The notes under the pieces were generated by a model. The model did no database searches and was not told the DNA's origin. It saw only the letters and a list, made by a program, of their open reading frames with translations. Below are positions 9,250 to 19,289 of a DNA stretch of 64,000 bases, in pieces; the stretch's first letter is position 1, and each line of letters opens with the position of its first letter. This stretch comes from an uncultured delta proteobacterium. GTDB taxonomy: Bacteria; Desulfobacterota; Binatia; UBA9968. The stretch is taken from positions 1 to 64,000 of the forward strand of contig CAVWLW010000051.1 of the NCBI GenBank assembly GCA_963755715.1. The letters are read 5' to 3'. The translations under genes and the position numbers were made by a program.

Positions 9250-10137
9250 TTAGCCTCCAGCGTCCGCGGAGAGAATGAAAATTTTATCTCCCGAATTGAC
9301 CTTGGCGTCGGGCGCGCGCACGAAGTTCAGGCCGTTGATGTTGCAAGCGTAGCCGGTGATCAGACCTTCGGAGTTGATGACGCGGCCGACGAGAACCGGG
9401 AATTTGTCCGCGAGGGATGAAAAGACCTGCGCGAGAGTCGCTCCTTGCGCCAGATCGAGAGACACGAGTTGGGTTTTGGCCAACATGCGCGCCACGCCGA
9501 AAAGCTCTACGGAAACGGAGAGAGAATGCTTCTTGCGCCAAAGTTGCAGCGCAGAGTCGTAGTCCGCTGGCGAATTCATGTTGAGAAAGCTCATGCCTTC
9601 GGGATCAAGGGTGCGGATTTCATCTTCGTGAACCTTGCGGGTGCGCACCTTGTCGTAGAGAAAAATCGGCCGCAGCTCGCCGCGCTCAAGTTGCTCGTGC
9701 AAGAGCGGTGCGACGCTGCGTCGATAAACAGCATGCAAAGGTTGAAAGCGCTCCTGCCAAAACGGCACGACCACATCGCAGTCCGAGATCTCCGACAGGA
9801 GATGCGAGATCAATGCGAGATCGAGAAAAGGCGCGTCGCAGGAGGTGACGAAACAAACTTCCTTGGTGGCGGCTTTGAGACCGCGGTAAATACCGCTCAC
9901 CGGACCTTGATAGGCAACCTGGTCGCGCACCAGCGCAACCGGCAGAAGCGGTAGCTCTTGTTCGGGTGCCGCCACGACGACGGTTTCGGCAAACACACGC
10001 TTCAGATGCCGAACGATATGAACGATGAGCGGCTCGCCATCGAACGGCAGTAGCGCCTTGGGCCGGCCCATGCGCGAGCTCTTGCCACCCGTCAAAACGA
10101 CGGCGGTCGCATCAGCAATCGTCCGATGATCGTCCAT
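9250..10137 (-). CDS. mobA: MobA (Mo-cofactor guanylyltransferase) fused to a C-terminal MoaD/ThiS sulfur carrier
   Basis: VLTGGKSSRMGRPKALL, CDAPF, NMNSP; ubiquitin-like domain VELFG...ILSADAGG ending in GG. Confidence 0.9.
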   Translation of the reverse strand: MDDHRTIADATAVVLTGGKSSRMGRPKALLPFDGEPLIVHIVRHLKRVFAETVVVAAPEQELPLLPVALVRDQVAYQGPVSGIYRGLKAATKEVCFVTSCDAPFLDLALISHLLSEISDCDVVVPFWQERFQPLHAVYRRSVAPLLHEQLERGELRPIFLYDKVRTRKVHEDEIRTLDPEGMSFLNMNSPADYDSALQLWRKKHSLSVSVELFGVARMLAKTQLVSLDLAQGATLAQVFSSLADKFPVLVGRVINSEGLITGYACNINGLNFVRAPDAKVNSGDKIFILSADAGG

Positions 10138-10207
10138 AATTTCGAGTACGGCACCCTTTGTGAAATACTAGGGTCGCCCGAACTGCAGAGTCAAGACGCC
10201 GAGACGA

Positions 10208-10367
10208 TAGGGCTCAGTTTCAATCTGCCATGAGTCTCAACATGCCAGAAAGATTCCTCGCTACGCGCTCGGAATGACAACTAAAATAAGTCATTTGTCA
10301 TCTCGAACCCTTCGGACAGACTCAGGGTAAACTCCGTGAGAGATCTTTCCCAAATTGAACCACTACC
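10208..10367. repeat. Composite REP/MITE-like palindromic element
   Basis: AGATTCCTCGCTACGCGCTCGGAATGACA (10251-10279) facing TGTCATCTCGAAC...GTGAGAGATCT (10296-10346), with a CCCTTCG...CTCAGGG hairpin nested inside; ends TTCAATCTG / CAAATTGAA. Confidence 0.7.
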
Positions 10368-10428
10368 GAATTTTCGTCCGCTAGTATCTAACCGCGAGCA
10401 GTGTAGAAGGAATTGGCTGCGAGCAGAA

Positions 10429-12582
10429 TCAGTAGCGTCCTCTCGTCACCGTTGGCGGCAGTTCTTCTTTGCCCGCGGCCACGATGCGCACGGCGCAGGC
10501 TTTGTACTCGGGAATCTTCGCCAGCGGGTCCAAGGCGTCGATGGTAAGCAGGTTCGCGGCGGCTTCGGCAAAATGCATGGGCACAAAGACCACCCCCACT
10601 GTCGTCCGCTGTGTCACCCAGGCGCGCAGAACGATAGTGCCGCGGCGTGAAGAGACACGCACGGTCTGGTCGTCTTCGATCTTGAGGCGCGCCGCATCGG
10701 CGGGGTTTATTTCGATGCGCGCGTGCGGATAGAGGTCGTCGAGTTTTGAATGGCGCGTCAGCGTGCCGCCGTGCCAGTGTTCAAGCAGGCGTCCGGTGGT
10801 GAGGATGAACGGATATTCCTCATCCGGCATTTCAACCGAAGGCACGTACTCGATGTCGTAGAATTTGCCGCGGCCGCGAGGGAAGCTTTCGGCGAATAGA
10901 TACGGTGTGCCTGGATGGTTGTCGTCCCACACCGGCGTCTGTAGGCCTTGTTTTTCGATGCGCGAATATTTTACTCCGGCATACTCGGGCACGACGCGCC
11001 CCATCTCTTCAAGCACCTCGGCAGGACTCCGGAATGCCCAGAAAGATGTCTGCTGCCGGCCAAGCTTCTTGTCGATGCGCCCGGCAAGGTCGCAGATGAT
11101 TTCCCAATCGGCGCGCGCTTGGCCGCGCGGCTCCAACGCCTTGCGCACGCGCTGGACGCGGCGGTCGGTGTTGGTGAATGTGCCTTCCTTTTCCGCCCAG
11201 GAAGCGGCGGGCAAGAACACATCGGCGTAGGCGCCGGATTCATTGATGAACAAGTCCTGTGCCACCAGGAACTCCACCTGTTCCATCATGTGGCGTGTGT
11301 GGTTCAGGTTGGGCTCGGACATCATCGGATTCTCGCCCATGATGTGAAGGGCGCGCACGCCGCCCGGCCTGACTTCGCTCATGATTTCGGTCGTCGTCAG
11401 CCCCAGTCTACGGTTAAGTCCGCCCGGCTCGATATTCCATGCCTGCTCGAACTTGCGCGCGGATGCTTCTTCATCGACCCGCTGGTAACCGGGATAGTGC
11501 CAGGGCATGGCGCCGGAATCCGACGCCCCTTGCACGTTGTTTTGCCCGCGTAGCGGATTGAGCCCCGTGCCTTGACGGCCGATGTGGCCGGTGAGCAGCG
11601 CCAGATGAATGAGCGACATCGCGTTGTCGGTGCCGTGGGAGTGCTCGGGAATCCCCAACGCCCAATAGATCGCCGCGTTCTTCGCCTTCGCGTACATACG
11701 CGCTGCCTGAATAATCAGATTACGGTCGACGCCGGAAATTGCCTCGGCATATTCAGGGGTGCATGGTTCGATGGACTTGCGGAAGTCCTCGAAGCCTTCG
11801 GTGCGCCGGTCGATGAAGTCCTGATTATAGAGTTGTTCCTTGATGATGACATGCGCCATGGCGGAGAAGAGGGGTACGTCGGTGCCCGGCTTCTCGGGCA
11901 GCCAGAGCGTCGCCCAGTTGACCATCTCGACGCGCCGAGGATCCACGACGATGAGCTTAGCGCCGTGTTTTTCCACGGCCGCCTTCATTTGCAGCGCGAT
12001 GATCGGATGGGTCTCCGCCGTATTGGAGCCGGTCACGAGAAAAACGTCGCTGTGAATCACCTCGGCGGCGGTGTTGCTCATCGCCGAGGAGCCGAGCGCC
12101 ATTTGCAGCGCGACCACGGAGCCCGCATGGCACAAGCGGGTGCAGTGATCGATGTTATTGCTGCGGAACAGCGCGCGGAAAAGCTTCTGTAGGAGGTAGT
12201 TGTCCTCGTTGGTCGCCTTGGCGCAGCAGTAAACCGCCATGGCGTCAGCGCCGTCACGCTGGTAGATTTCCACCATGCGATCGGCGGTGTAATCGAGAGC
12301 TTCGTTCCACGAGACTTCGCGCCACTCGTCGCGATTGAAGGCTTGCGTGCGCGCGCCCGGCGACTGCTTGGTCTTACGAATGAGCGGCGTCGTCACCCGG
12401 TCCTTGTTGTAGATGAAGTCGTAGCCAAAGCGTCCTTTGACGCATAGGTTGCCGTGATTGACTACCGCATCGAACGGCGATGTGACTTTGTAGACGTAGT
12501 CGTCCTTGATGTGCAGCTCAAGCTTGCATCCCACGCCGCAGTACGGGCAGGTGGTCGGTACGATACGATCGGGCGCGATCAT
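10429..12582 (-). CDS. fdhF: Formate dehydrogenase catalytic subunit (Mo/W-bisPGD, Cys-type)
   Basis: CPYCGVGC...LCVKG [4Fe-4S]; active site HCTRLCHA; LRGQNNVQG; IPEYKACAV. Confidence 0.93.
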   Translation of the reverse strand: MIAPDRIVPTTCPYCGVGCKLELHIKDDYVYKVTSPFDAVVNHGNLCVKGRFGYDFIYNKDRVTTPLIRKTKQSPGARTQAFNRDEWREVSWNEALDYTADRMVEIYQRDGADAMAVYCCAKATNEDNYLLQKLFRALFRSNNIDHCTRLCHAGSVVALQMALGSSAMSNTAAEVIHSDVFLVTGSNTAETHPIIALQMKAAVEKHGAKLIVVDPRRVEMVNWATLWLPEKPGTDVPLFSAMAHVIIKEQLYNQDFIDRRTEGFEDFRKSIEPCTPEYAEAISGVDRNLIIQAARMYAKAKNAAIYWALGIPEHSHGTDNAMSLIHLALLTGHIGRQGTGLNPLRGQNNVQGASDSGAMPWHYPGYQRVDEEASARKFEQAWNIEPGGLNRRLGLTTTEIMSEVRPGGVRALHIMGENPMMSEPNLNHTRHMMEQVEFLVAQDLFINESGAYADVFLPAASWAEKEGTFTNTDRRVQRVRKALEPRGQARADWEIICDLAGRIDKKLGRQQTSFWAFRSPAEVLEEMGRVVPEYAGVKYSRIEKQGLQTPVWDDNHPGTPYLFAESFPRGRGKFYDIEYVPSVEMPDEEYPFILTTGRLLEHWHGGTLTRHSKLDDLYPHARIEINPADAARLKIEDDQTVRVSSRRGTIVLRAWVTQRTTVGVVFVPMHFAEAAANLLTIDALDPLAKIPEYKACAVRIVAAGKEELPPTVTRGRY

Positions 12583-13282
12583 GGCGACTTCCTCCGGCGC
12601 TTTTTTCCGCCCCTGGTTGCCTGCATGATTTCATCCAACGAAAATCCTTGCTCGAGCAGCGACTCGCGCTTGGACTTGAGCGCGCCGGTGGGGCAGACGC
12701 CGACACACTGGCCGCAGAATACGCAGGTCGTTTCAGGCATGGGCTTGTCAAAGAAGGTGCCGATGCCGGTGTCGAAACCGCGCCCTTTGAAGTTGATCGC
12801 GAAGGTAAACTGCGCGTCCTCGGCGCAGACCTGGACACAGCGCCAGCACAAGATGCACTTGGCATAGTCGCGGATGTACATCGGATTATCATCGAGCACC
12901 GGAACCTCGCGCCGCTCGGCGTCGGGAAAGCGTGCGCGGTCGGCGCGATAGTCGTCGATGAACTTATTAATTTCCGGAGCCTGAGAAAGATCTACGGCGG
13001 AGGCGAGCATTTCGAGAATCGTGCGGCGGCTGCGCTCGGCGCGCGCGCTCGAGGTAGAGACTTTCATGCCTTCGCTCACCCGGCTCAAGCACGCCGGGAG
13101 AAGCGGCTTTACCCCGTCGACTTCAACGACGCAGATGCGGCACAGGCCGTTGGCCGTGCAGTAATCGTGATAGCAAATGGTGGGAACCTGCCGGCCGAGC
13201 TTTCTCCGCGGCTTTGAGGATGGTTGTTCCCGCGGGCACGGTGACGGAATTCGCCGTCGATGGTGAGTGTGACATCGGGCAT
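12579..13282 (-). CDS. FDH-associated FeS subunit ([2Fe-2S] + 2x[4Fe-4S], NuoG/FdsA N-terminus-like); two +1 frameshifts (~13250, ~13201)
   Basis: Reconstructed [36 protein letters not shown]...[10 protein letters not shown]...PAC, then [11 protein letters not shown] and [12 protein letters not shown]. Confidence 0.85.
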
Positions 13283-13332
13283 AAGCAATCTCTGCGGTTA
13301 ATCGGTGCCTGGGTCAAGCACCCGGAATACCG

Positions 13333-13411
13333 CACCACGAAGGACACGAAGAACACGAAGTTCGGAGTTTGAATTATCCAAAATCTCCGTGTCCTTCGTG
13401 CCTTCGTGGTG
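13333..13411. repeat. Inverted repeat made of 9-bp CACGAAG-containing units
   Basis: CACCACGAAGGACACGAAGAACACGAAG ... CTCCGTGTCCTTCGTGCCTTCGTGGTG. Confidence 0.85.
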
Positions 13412-13415
13412 AATC

Positions 13416-15139
13416 TTATTTCCTTGCATCAAACATCTCCGGCCATAGCTTGATCGCGCTCAGGACCGCCGTCGCCGCCGTCTGGCCGAGGCCGCACAGG
13501 GAGGCGTCGATCATCGTGCCGCCCACATCCGATAAACGTTCGCGGTCGCCGGCAACGGGACGCCCGGCCGCCGCACGGTCGAGAATTTCGTACTGTCGTC
13601 GCGCGCCGAGCTGGCAGGGGTAGCATTTGCCGCAACTTTCGTCGGCAAAGAAATGCGCCAGCCGCTTCAGCATGTCGCGCATGTCCGCGCTATCGTCGAA
13701 GATCATGACTGAGCCGGACCCGAGCGGCAAGCCTGCGGCGCTCAGGTTCTCGAACGACAGAATCACGTCCAGGTCTTTTTCGACGGCGAATGCGCCTGCG
13801 GCGCCGCCCATGAGCACCGCTTGAAGCGTGCGCCCTGGTTTTAGTCCGCCGGCGAGATCGAACAATAAATGGCGTAAGCTGACGCCAAACGGCACCTCGT
13901 ACAGACCGGGCCTCTGGATCTGGCCTGACACGCAGAACAACTTCGGACCCGGTGAGCGTTCCGTTCCGATCTTTCGATACTCTGCGGCGCCGCGTTCCAT
14001 GATCAGCGGAACGTTGCAGAATGTCTCCACGTTGTTGATCACGGTGGGCTTGCCGAATAAGCCGTGAGTGGTGGGGAAGGGAGGTTTGATGCGCGGGAAG
14101 CCGCGCTTGCCTTCGATGGATTCCAACAGCGCGGTTTCTTCGCCGCAGATATACGCGCCTGCGCCCAGCCGCATTTCGATATCGAAGTCCAATCCGGAGC
14201 CGAAAATATTTCCGCCGATGGCGCCGGCCCGCCGCGCCTCGGCCACCGCTTCGCTCATGACTTTGAAGGCGTAAGGATATTCTCCGCGCACGTAAATGTA
14301 ACCCTGGCTCGCGCCCACGGCATGGGCCGCGATAATCATCCCTTCGATGGTGCGGTGCGGGTCTTCCTCCATGAGAATGCGATCTTTGAAGGTGCCGGGC
14401 TCGGATTCGTCGGCGTTGCACACGATGTACTTGGGTTGGCCCGTAGCCTTGGCCGCTCCCTCCCACTTGATGCCGGTGGGAAATGCCGCGCCGCCGCGGC
14501 CGACCAACCCCGCAGTCTTCAGCTCCGCCACCACATCTTGCGGCGTCATCGTCAAGGCTTTTTTCAGTCCAGCGTAACCGCCGCCACTGCTGTAATTGGC
14601 AAAGGAGGTGGGTGACCTTGACCGCAGTTGCCGGTAAGGATGCGGATGTCGCCGCCGACGAAGCTGATCGGTCTCTTTTCACCGGGCGCGCAAATCTCCG
14701 CTGCTCGGCCGGGATCGCCATGTCCCAGAGCGATTTCGCCAACAAGGAGTGCCGGCGCGTGATCGCACAAACCCAAACAGGGAGCATGCTCGACGGTGAA
14801 CTCACCGTCGGAGCTGACTTCGCCCGGCGCAACTTTAAGATGGCGGCACAGGGCGTTCGCCAATTCATCGCTACCCGCCAGGGCGCAGACGGGCGCGTTG
14901 CACACACGCGCCACGGTTCGGCCCAACGGCTCGCGGGAGAGCATCTCGTAGAAATCGATGACGCCATGCACGTCGGCGAGGGGTACACCCAAGATGCGGC
15001 CCACCTCGGTCGCAACGGCTTCGGGAATCCAGCCGTGAAATTGCTGTGCGGCGTGCAAGGCCGGCAAGAGCGCAGCGCGGCCTTGCGGCGCCAACTCGGC
15101 GAGGATCGAGCGCAGCGGATCGAGTTCGCTGTCAGTCAT
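13416..15139 (-). CDS. Fused NuoE-NuoF-like NADH diaphorase subunit of FDH (one -1 frameshift at ~14610)
   Basis: NuoE VCNAPVC...PCLGLC; adding one base in a C run gives [22 protein letters not shown] into [36 protein letters not shown]. Confidence 0.85.
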
Positions 15140-15352
15140 CTGATGTTCCAGGCGTCGGTGTCGGTTTATTTCTATCGTTGCCTGTTTTTATTAAGGAGCG
15201 ACCTGGTTGATTACAGTTCGATAGCAATCGTGCCCTACCTGAAAGCAGTCTGCAAGGCATCATTTACAGTGAATAAACGTGAAGACGGGATACGGCTCGA
15301 CAGCGCTAGAGCGCATCGGTCTGTGAGCGCCGCCGTTGTCGGGTGTTTTCGG

Positions 15353-16147
15353 TCAAGGATGGTACGGATTATCGAGCGCGGCTTGCTTCATCTGCAAGTG
15401 CAGATCGACCATTGTCAGCGCGCAGTATTCCATCGAATAGCCGGCGCGAAATTCGACGCATTCCTGGAGCGCGCGCGTGAGCACGGTGCGGTTAAAAGCG
15501 CCGTGGCCCATCGCTTCTTCGCCGTCTTCGCCGAGCTTGTGCGTGTCCATGTCCGCTTCTTCGTGCGTGGAAAAGTAGACCGCGTCCTGCTTGGAAAAAC
15601 CGTAATGGGTGGTGAGCGCGGTGTACCATTGTCCCGACCACATCGAGAGCGACTCTTCGAATACATGGAGTCCCCACAACTCAACGATCGAACCGTCGAT
15701 AAAAATCTTGTGGCAAAAATCATTGATCGCGCGGGCCGCGGGCAGATACGGATCCTCCAACATTTCTTTTTTGTTGAGGCCCATCTTTTCAGCGGTCTGA
15801 AGCAACACCAAAACATGGCCCGGCGCTCTCGGCGAAATCAGTTCGTCGGCGATCTTCGCGCAGAACGGCCCCAAGAGATCGAAGTTCCGAACGAAAAAAG
15901 GCAGGTGGGTGTAATAGGAGACCGCGTTAAGCGCGTTTACTTCCAAGGAGAAATGGCCCCAATTCTTAAAAAACTGGCGCATCACCGGCAGCGGCAGCTT
16001 GCCTTCGCGCAGTTGGGTCATAAATGCGCCTTTGTAAACCTTCTCGTGCGCGTACTTGTAAAGCGTTGAATAGAGATGATCGACGTAAGCCTTGGCTTCC
16101 TGTTCGCTGAGCTTTTCACCCGCCCGGGGTTCTCTTAAGTTACTCAC
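15353..16147 (-). CDS. Heme-oxygenase-like di-iron protein (CADD/PqqC/TenA superfamily)
   Basis: KIADELISPRAPGH, FEE, YFSTHEEAD...MGH ligand pattern; GGAGG RBS; paralog of 52553-53335. Confidence 0.8.
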   Translation of the reverse strand: MSNLREPRAGEKLSEQEAKAYVDHLYSTLYKYAHEKVYKGAFMTQLREGKLPLPVMRQFFKNWGHFSLEVNALNAVSYYTHLPFFVRNFDLLGPFCAKIADELISPRAPGHVLVLLQTAEKMGLNKKEMLEDPYLPAARAINDFCHKIFIDGSIVELWGLHVFEESLSMWSGQWYTALTTHYGFSKQDAVYFSTHEEADMDTHKLGEDGEEAMGHGAFNRTVLTRALQECVEFRAGYSMEYCALTMVDLHLQMKQAALDNPYHP

Positions 16148-16262
16148 GTTGATGATCCTCCCAAAATCGCGTCCTATTTTTTAGCGGTTATCATCGCCCC
16201 CCTGGCAAGTCAAGTTAACTCGCCGATTTGGAAATGGTTTTGCGGCGCGCTAGGATGCGTTC

Positions 16263-16619
16263 ATGGCAACCCAACCGAGTAAACAGTTCGAGACCTTTGC
16301 CAATCCGCGCCCGGAACGCGACTATGAAATTAACATGGAATGTCCCGAGTTCACCTGCGTTTGTCCGCGCACGGGACAGCCGGATTTTGCCACGATCCGA
16401 ATCCATTACGTTCCCGATCAACTCTGTGTCGAGCTTAAATCGTTGAAGCTCTATTTGTGGTCCTATCGCGACGAAGGCGCTTTCCACGAAGCCGTGATCA
16501 ACAAGATTCTCGACGATCTCGTTCAAGCGTGCCAACCGCGCAAAATGACCGTCGTCGGCGATTTCAATATTCGCGGCGGCATTCATACGACGATCACGGC
16601 GAGCTACGCGCAATCCTGA
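16263..16619 (+). CDS. queF: preQ1 synthase (7-cyano-7-deazaguanine reductase)
   Basis: [30 protein letters not shown]. Confidence 0.95.
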   Translation: MATQPSKQFETFANPRPERDYEINMECPEFTCVCPRTGQPDFATIRIHYVPDQLCVELKSLKLYLWSYRDEGAFHEAVINKILDDLVQACQPRKMTVVGDFNIRGGIHTTITASYAQS

Positions 16620-16680
16620 GTTTCCTTCGTCTCGAAGGCAGCGTGCACCCGTTGGCGCGGAAGATCGCGCGCCGCGTCCA

Positions 16681-16700
16681 TGTGCATAAGCTGTGCAAAA
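16681..16700. promoter_or_regulatory. Tandem DnaA-box matches upstream of dnaB
   Basis: TGTGCATAA-GC-TGTGCAAAA; both reverse complements fit TTWTNCACA. Confidence 0.55.
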
Positions 16701-16821
16701 GCTGTTGCTCCGCTTGTGGAAGCGCCGCGTTCGGAATGAGGATCACCAATGATGATCGGCCGATGAAAATATTTTTCTTTGCCGTTGGCAAAAGTTTTTT
16801 CTCTATTGAAGAAAAAATTTC

Positions 16822-16849
16822 TTGCATTTTGATCGCGATCGGTTACATT
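16822..16849 (+). promoter_or_regulatory. Putative sigma70 promoter for dnaB
   Basis: TTGCAT-N16-TACATT preceded by an A/T tract. Confidence 0.4.
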
Positions 16850-16921
16850 TTCACACTCACAATCTGACTGAAGTGATCATGCCCGATTCATTTATCTTCG
16901 ATTTAAAAAGTTGTCCAAGCC

Positions 16922-18295
16922 ATGGCCGCGTTGGAAGATAACCTGCGCAAGGTGCCGCCGCAGAATCTCGAAGCCGAATCTTCGGTGCTGGGCGGGATCT
17001 TGCTGGAGAACGAAGCGGTCAATCAGGTCTTGGAGCTTTTACGGCCTGAGGATTTTTACCGCGAATCGCATCGAAAGATCTTTCGCTCGATGATCGAGAT
17101 TACCGACCGCAGCGAACCGGTCGATCTCATCACGCTGAGTGAGTTCCTAAAAAGCAAAAACGAATTGGAAGCGGTCGGCGGCACCGCTTACCTGGCGGCC
17201 TTGGCCGATTTCGTCCCCACCGCCGCGAATATTTCGTATTACGCCCGCATCGTGCGCGAAAAGGCCATTCTTCGCAGCTTGATCAGCACCGCAACGGAAA
17301 TTGCGACGCGGGGTTACGAGGAGCAGGGCAGCGTCGAAGAATTTCTCGATAGCGCGGAAAAAGTCATCTTCGATATCTCCGAAAAGAAAATCAAAGCTTC
17401 TTTTGTCGCTGTCGGCGACATGATTACTGACACGCTCAAAACGATCGACAAGCTTTATCAGCGTAAAGAGATGGTCACGGGCGTGCCCACCGGCTACGAG
17501 GATCTCGATAAGATCACCGCCGGACTTCAACCCGCGGAGCTCATCATTGTCGCCGGTCGCCCCGGCATGGGCAAAACCGCATTCGCTCTCAATATCGCGG
17601 CCAACGCCGCCTACACCGGCGTCGGCGCAGCTATTTTTTCACTGGAAATGGCCAAGGAGCAATTGGTCTTGCGCATGCTCTGCTCGGAAGCACGGGTCAA
17701 CAGCTCGAAGGTGCGCTCGGGCTATCTGGGCGAGCGCGACTTTCCGCAGCTCGCCAAGGCCGCAGGACGACTCCACGAGGCGCCGATTTATATCGACGAT
17801 ACGCCGGCAATTTCCGTTCTGGAATTGCGCGCCAAGGCGCGTCGTCTGCTGCGCGACAGGTCCAAGAAAGTCGGCTTGATCGTCGTCGATTATCTGCAGC
17901 TCATGCGCGGCATGGGCAACGCGAACAACCGCGAGCAGGAAATCTCCGAAATCTCACGATCCCTAAAGGCGCTCGCCAAAGAATTGAACGTTCCCGTGAT
18001 CGCGTTATCGCAGCTCAACCGCAAGGTCGAAGATCGGACCGGCAGAAAGCCGCAGATGTCGGACCTTCGTGAATCCGGCGCCATTGAACAAGATGCAGAT
18101 GTGATCATGTTCATTTATCGAGAAGAGCTTTATGACAAAAACAACCAGGATGTGAAGGGTAAGGCGGAGGTCATCGTCGAGAAACAGCGTAACGGCCCCA
18201 CCGGAACGATCAACCTCACTTTCCTGGGCGAGTACACGCGCTTCGAGAACTACACGGAACGGGATATGAGTTTCGACGAAGCGGACGAAGCCTAG
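16922..18295 (+). CDS. dnaB: Replicative DNA helicase
   Basis: PPQNLEAE, GRPGMGKT, VDYLQLM, DLRESGAIEQDAD, KQRNGPTG. Confidence 0.98.
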   Translation: MAALEDNLRKVPPQNLEAESSVLGGILLENEAVNQVLELLRPEDFYRESHRKIFRSMIEITDRSEPVDLITLSEFLKSKNELEAVGGTAYLAALADFVPTAANISYYARIVREKAILRSLISTATEIATRGYEEQGSVEEFLDSAEKVIFDISEKKIKASFVAVGDMITDTLKTIDKLYQRKEMVTGVPTGYEDLDKITAGLQPAELIIVAGRPGMGKTAFALNIAANAAYTGVGAAIFSLEMAKEQLVLRMLCSEARVNSSKVRSGYLGERDFPQLAKAAGRLHEAPIYIDDTPAISVLELRAKARRLLRDRSKKVGLIVVDYLQLMRGMGNANNREQEISEISRSLKALAKELNVPVIALSQLNRKVEDRTGRKPQMSDLRESGAIEQDADVIMFIYREELYDKNNQDVKGKAEVIVEKQRNGPTGTINLTFLGEYTRFENYTERDMSFDEADEA

Positions 18296-18399
18296 ATGAA
18301 CCAGCGCGACGCCGATTGCTTCCAAAATCATTTCACAGCCGATGAATTCCACCTTGTAGTCCAAGTGTCTTTCTGCTAGCCAGACTAGCCGGAGGGACA

Positions 18400-19273
18400 T
18401 TGACACAAATTAAATTCAGACAACTCGTAGTCCTGATCTGGATGTTGGGCTTGCTCTCTAGTCTGTGGGGTAACGCCCATGGCGGAGAGGTAAATTCTAA
18501 GCCGCCACCAGTGCTCTTGGCCAACGAACTTCGGCCAGAGATTGATCCTGCCAATTATTTGATCAGCGAAAAATTCGACGGCGTGCGCGCTCATTTGGGA
18601 TGGCAAGTCACTGCGTTTTCGCAGCGGGCGGAGTGTCCATGCGCCCGCGTGGTTTGTTGGCAAACTGCCTGCGCAGGCCTTGGACGGCGAGCTTTGGTTG
18701 GCGCGCGGACGTTTCGACGCGCTGTCGGGTATCGTCCGCAAGACCGAGCCACAAGACGCCGAATGGCGCCAGATCAAGTATATGATTTTCGAGTTGCCCG
18801 CCGCGCCCGGCATTTTCGCCGAACGCGCGCAGCGCATCAAGGAAATGGTCTTGAGCATGCGCTGGCCGCAGTTGATCGCGGTGGAACAGTTTCGCGTGGC
18901 TGACCGCGCCGTGCTCAAACGCAAGCTCGATGAAGTGGTGCGCGGCGGCGGCGAAGGGCTGATGCTGCATTTGGCTGACGCCGCTTACGTTACCGGGCGG
19001 AGCGATGTGCTACTCAAGCTCAAGCCGTTGCAAGACACCGAGGCGGTGGTGATCGAGCACCTTCCTGGCAAGGGCAAATATCAGGGGATGCTCGGCGCTT
19101 TGCGCGTGCAAATGCCCGATGGGAAAAAATTTATGATCGGCACCGGCTTCACCGACGCAGCGCGCCAGCATCCGCCGCCGGTGGGCACGACGATCACATA
19201 TACTTATCGCGGCTTCAGCAAGACCGGTTTGCCGCGGTTTGCGAGTTATCTACGAGTGCGCGAAGAATTCTGA
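18400..19273 (+). CDS. Minimal ATP-dependent DNA ligase with N-terminal signal-like sequence (LigE type); +1 frameshift at ~18591
   Basis: SEKFDGVRA-(I)WDG, LDGELW, GGEGLML, LLKLK, GKGKYQGMLGAL, GLPRFASY. Confidence 0.85.
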
Positions 19274-19289
19274 AATCGCGAGCTTGGGT

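Noticed and set aside
10429-12582. Selenocysteine FDH
   Set aside because: The active site is Cys (RLCH) in an uninterrupted ORF.
13333-13411. CRISPR array or tRNA in the repeat elements
   Set aside because: Units are 7-9 bp with no spacers, no cas genes are present, and no cloverleaf was seen.
13416-15139. Electron-bifurcating FDH/AOR complex
   Set aside because: The NuoF part ends after the N3 cluster with no extra C-terminal FeS domains and has the NADESEPG motif, as in non-bifurcating diaphorases.
14483-16069. 528-aa plus-strand ORF and other long antisense ORFs (e.g. 13690-15015, 26189-27184, 27272-28348, 49586-50398)
   Set aside because: These are shadow or alternative frames of well-supported genes in GC-rich DNA, with no motifs.
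18296-18379. 27-codon ORF after dnaB (MNQRDADC...)
   Set aside because: No clear RBS or motif; cannot be supported.
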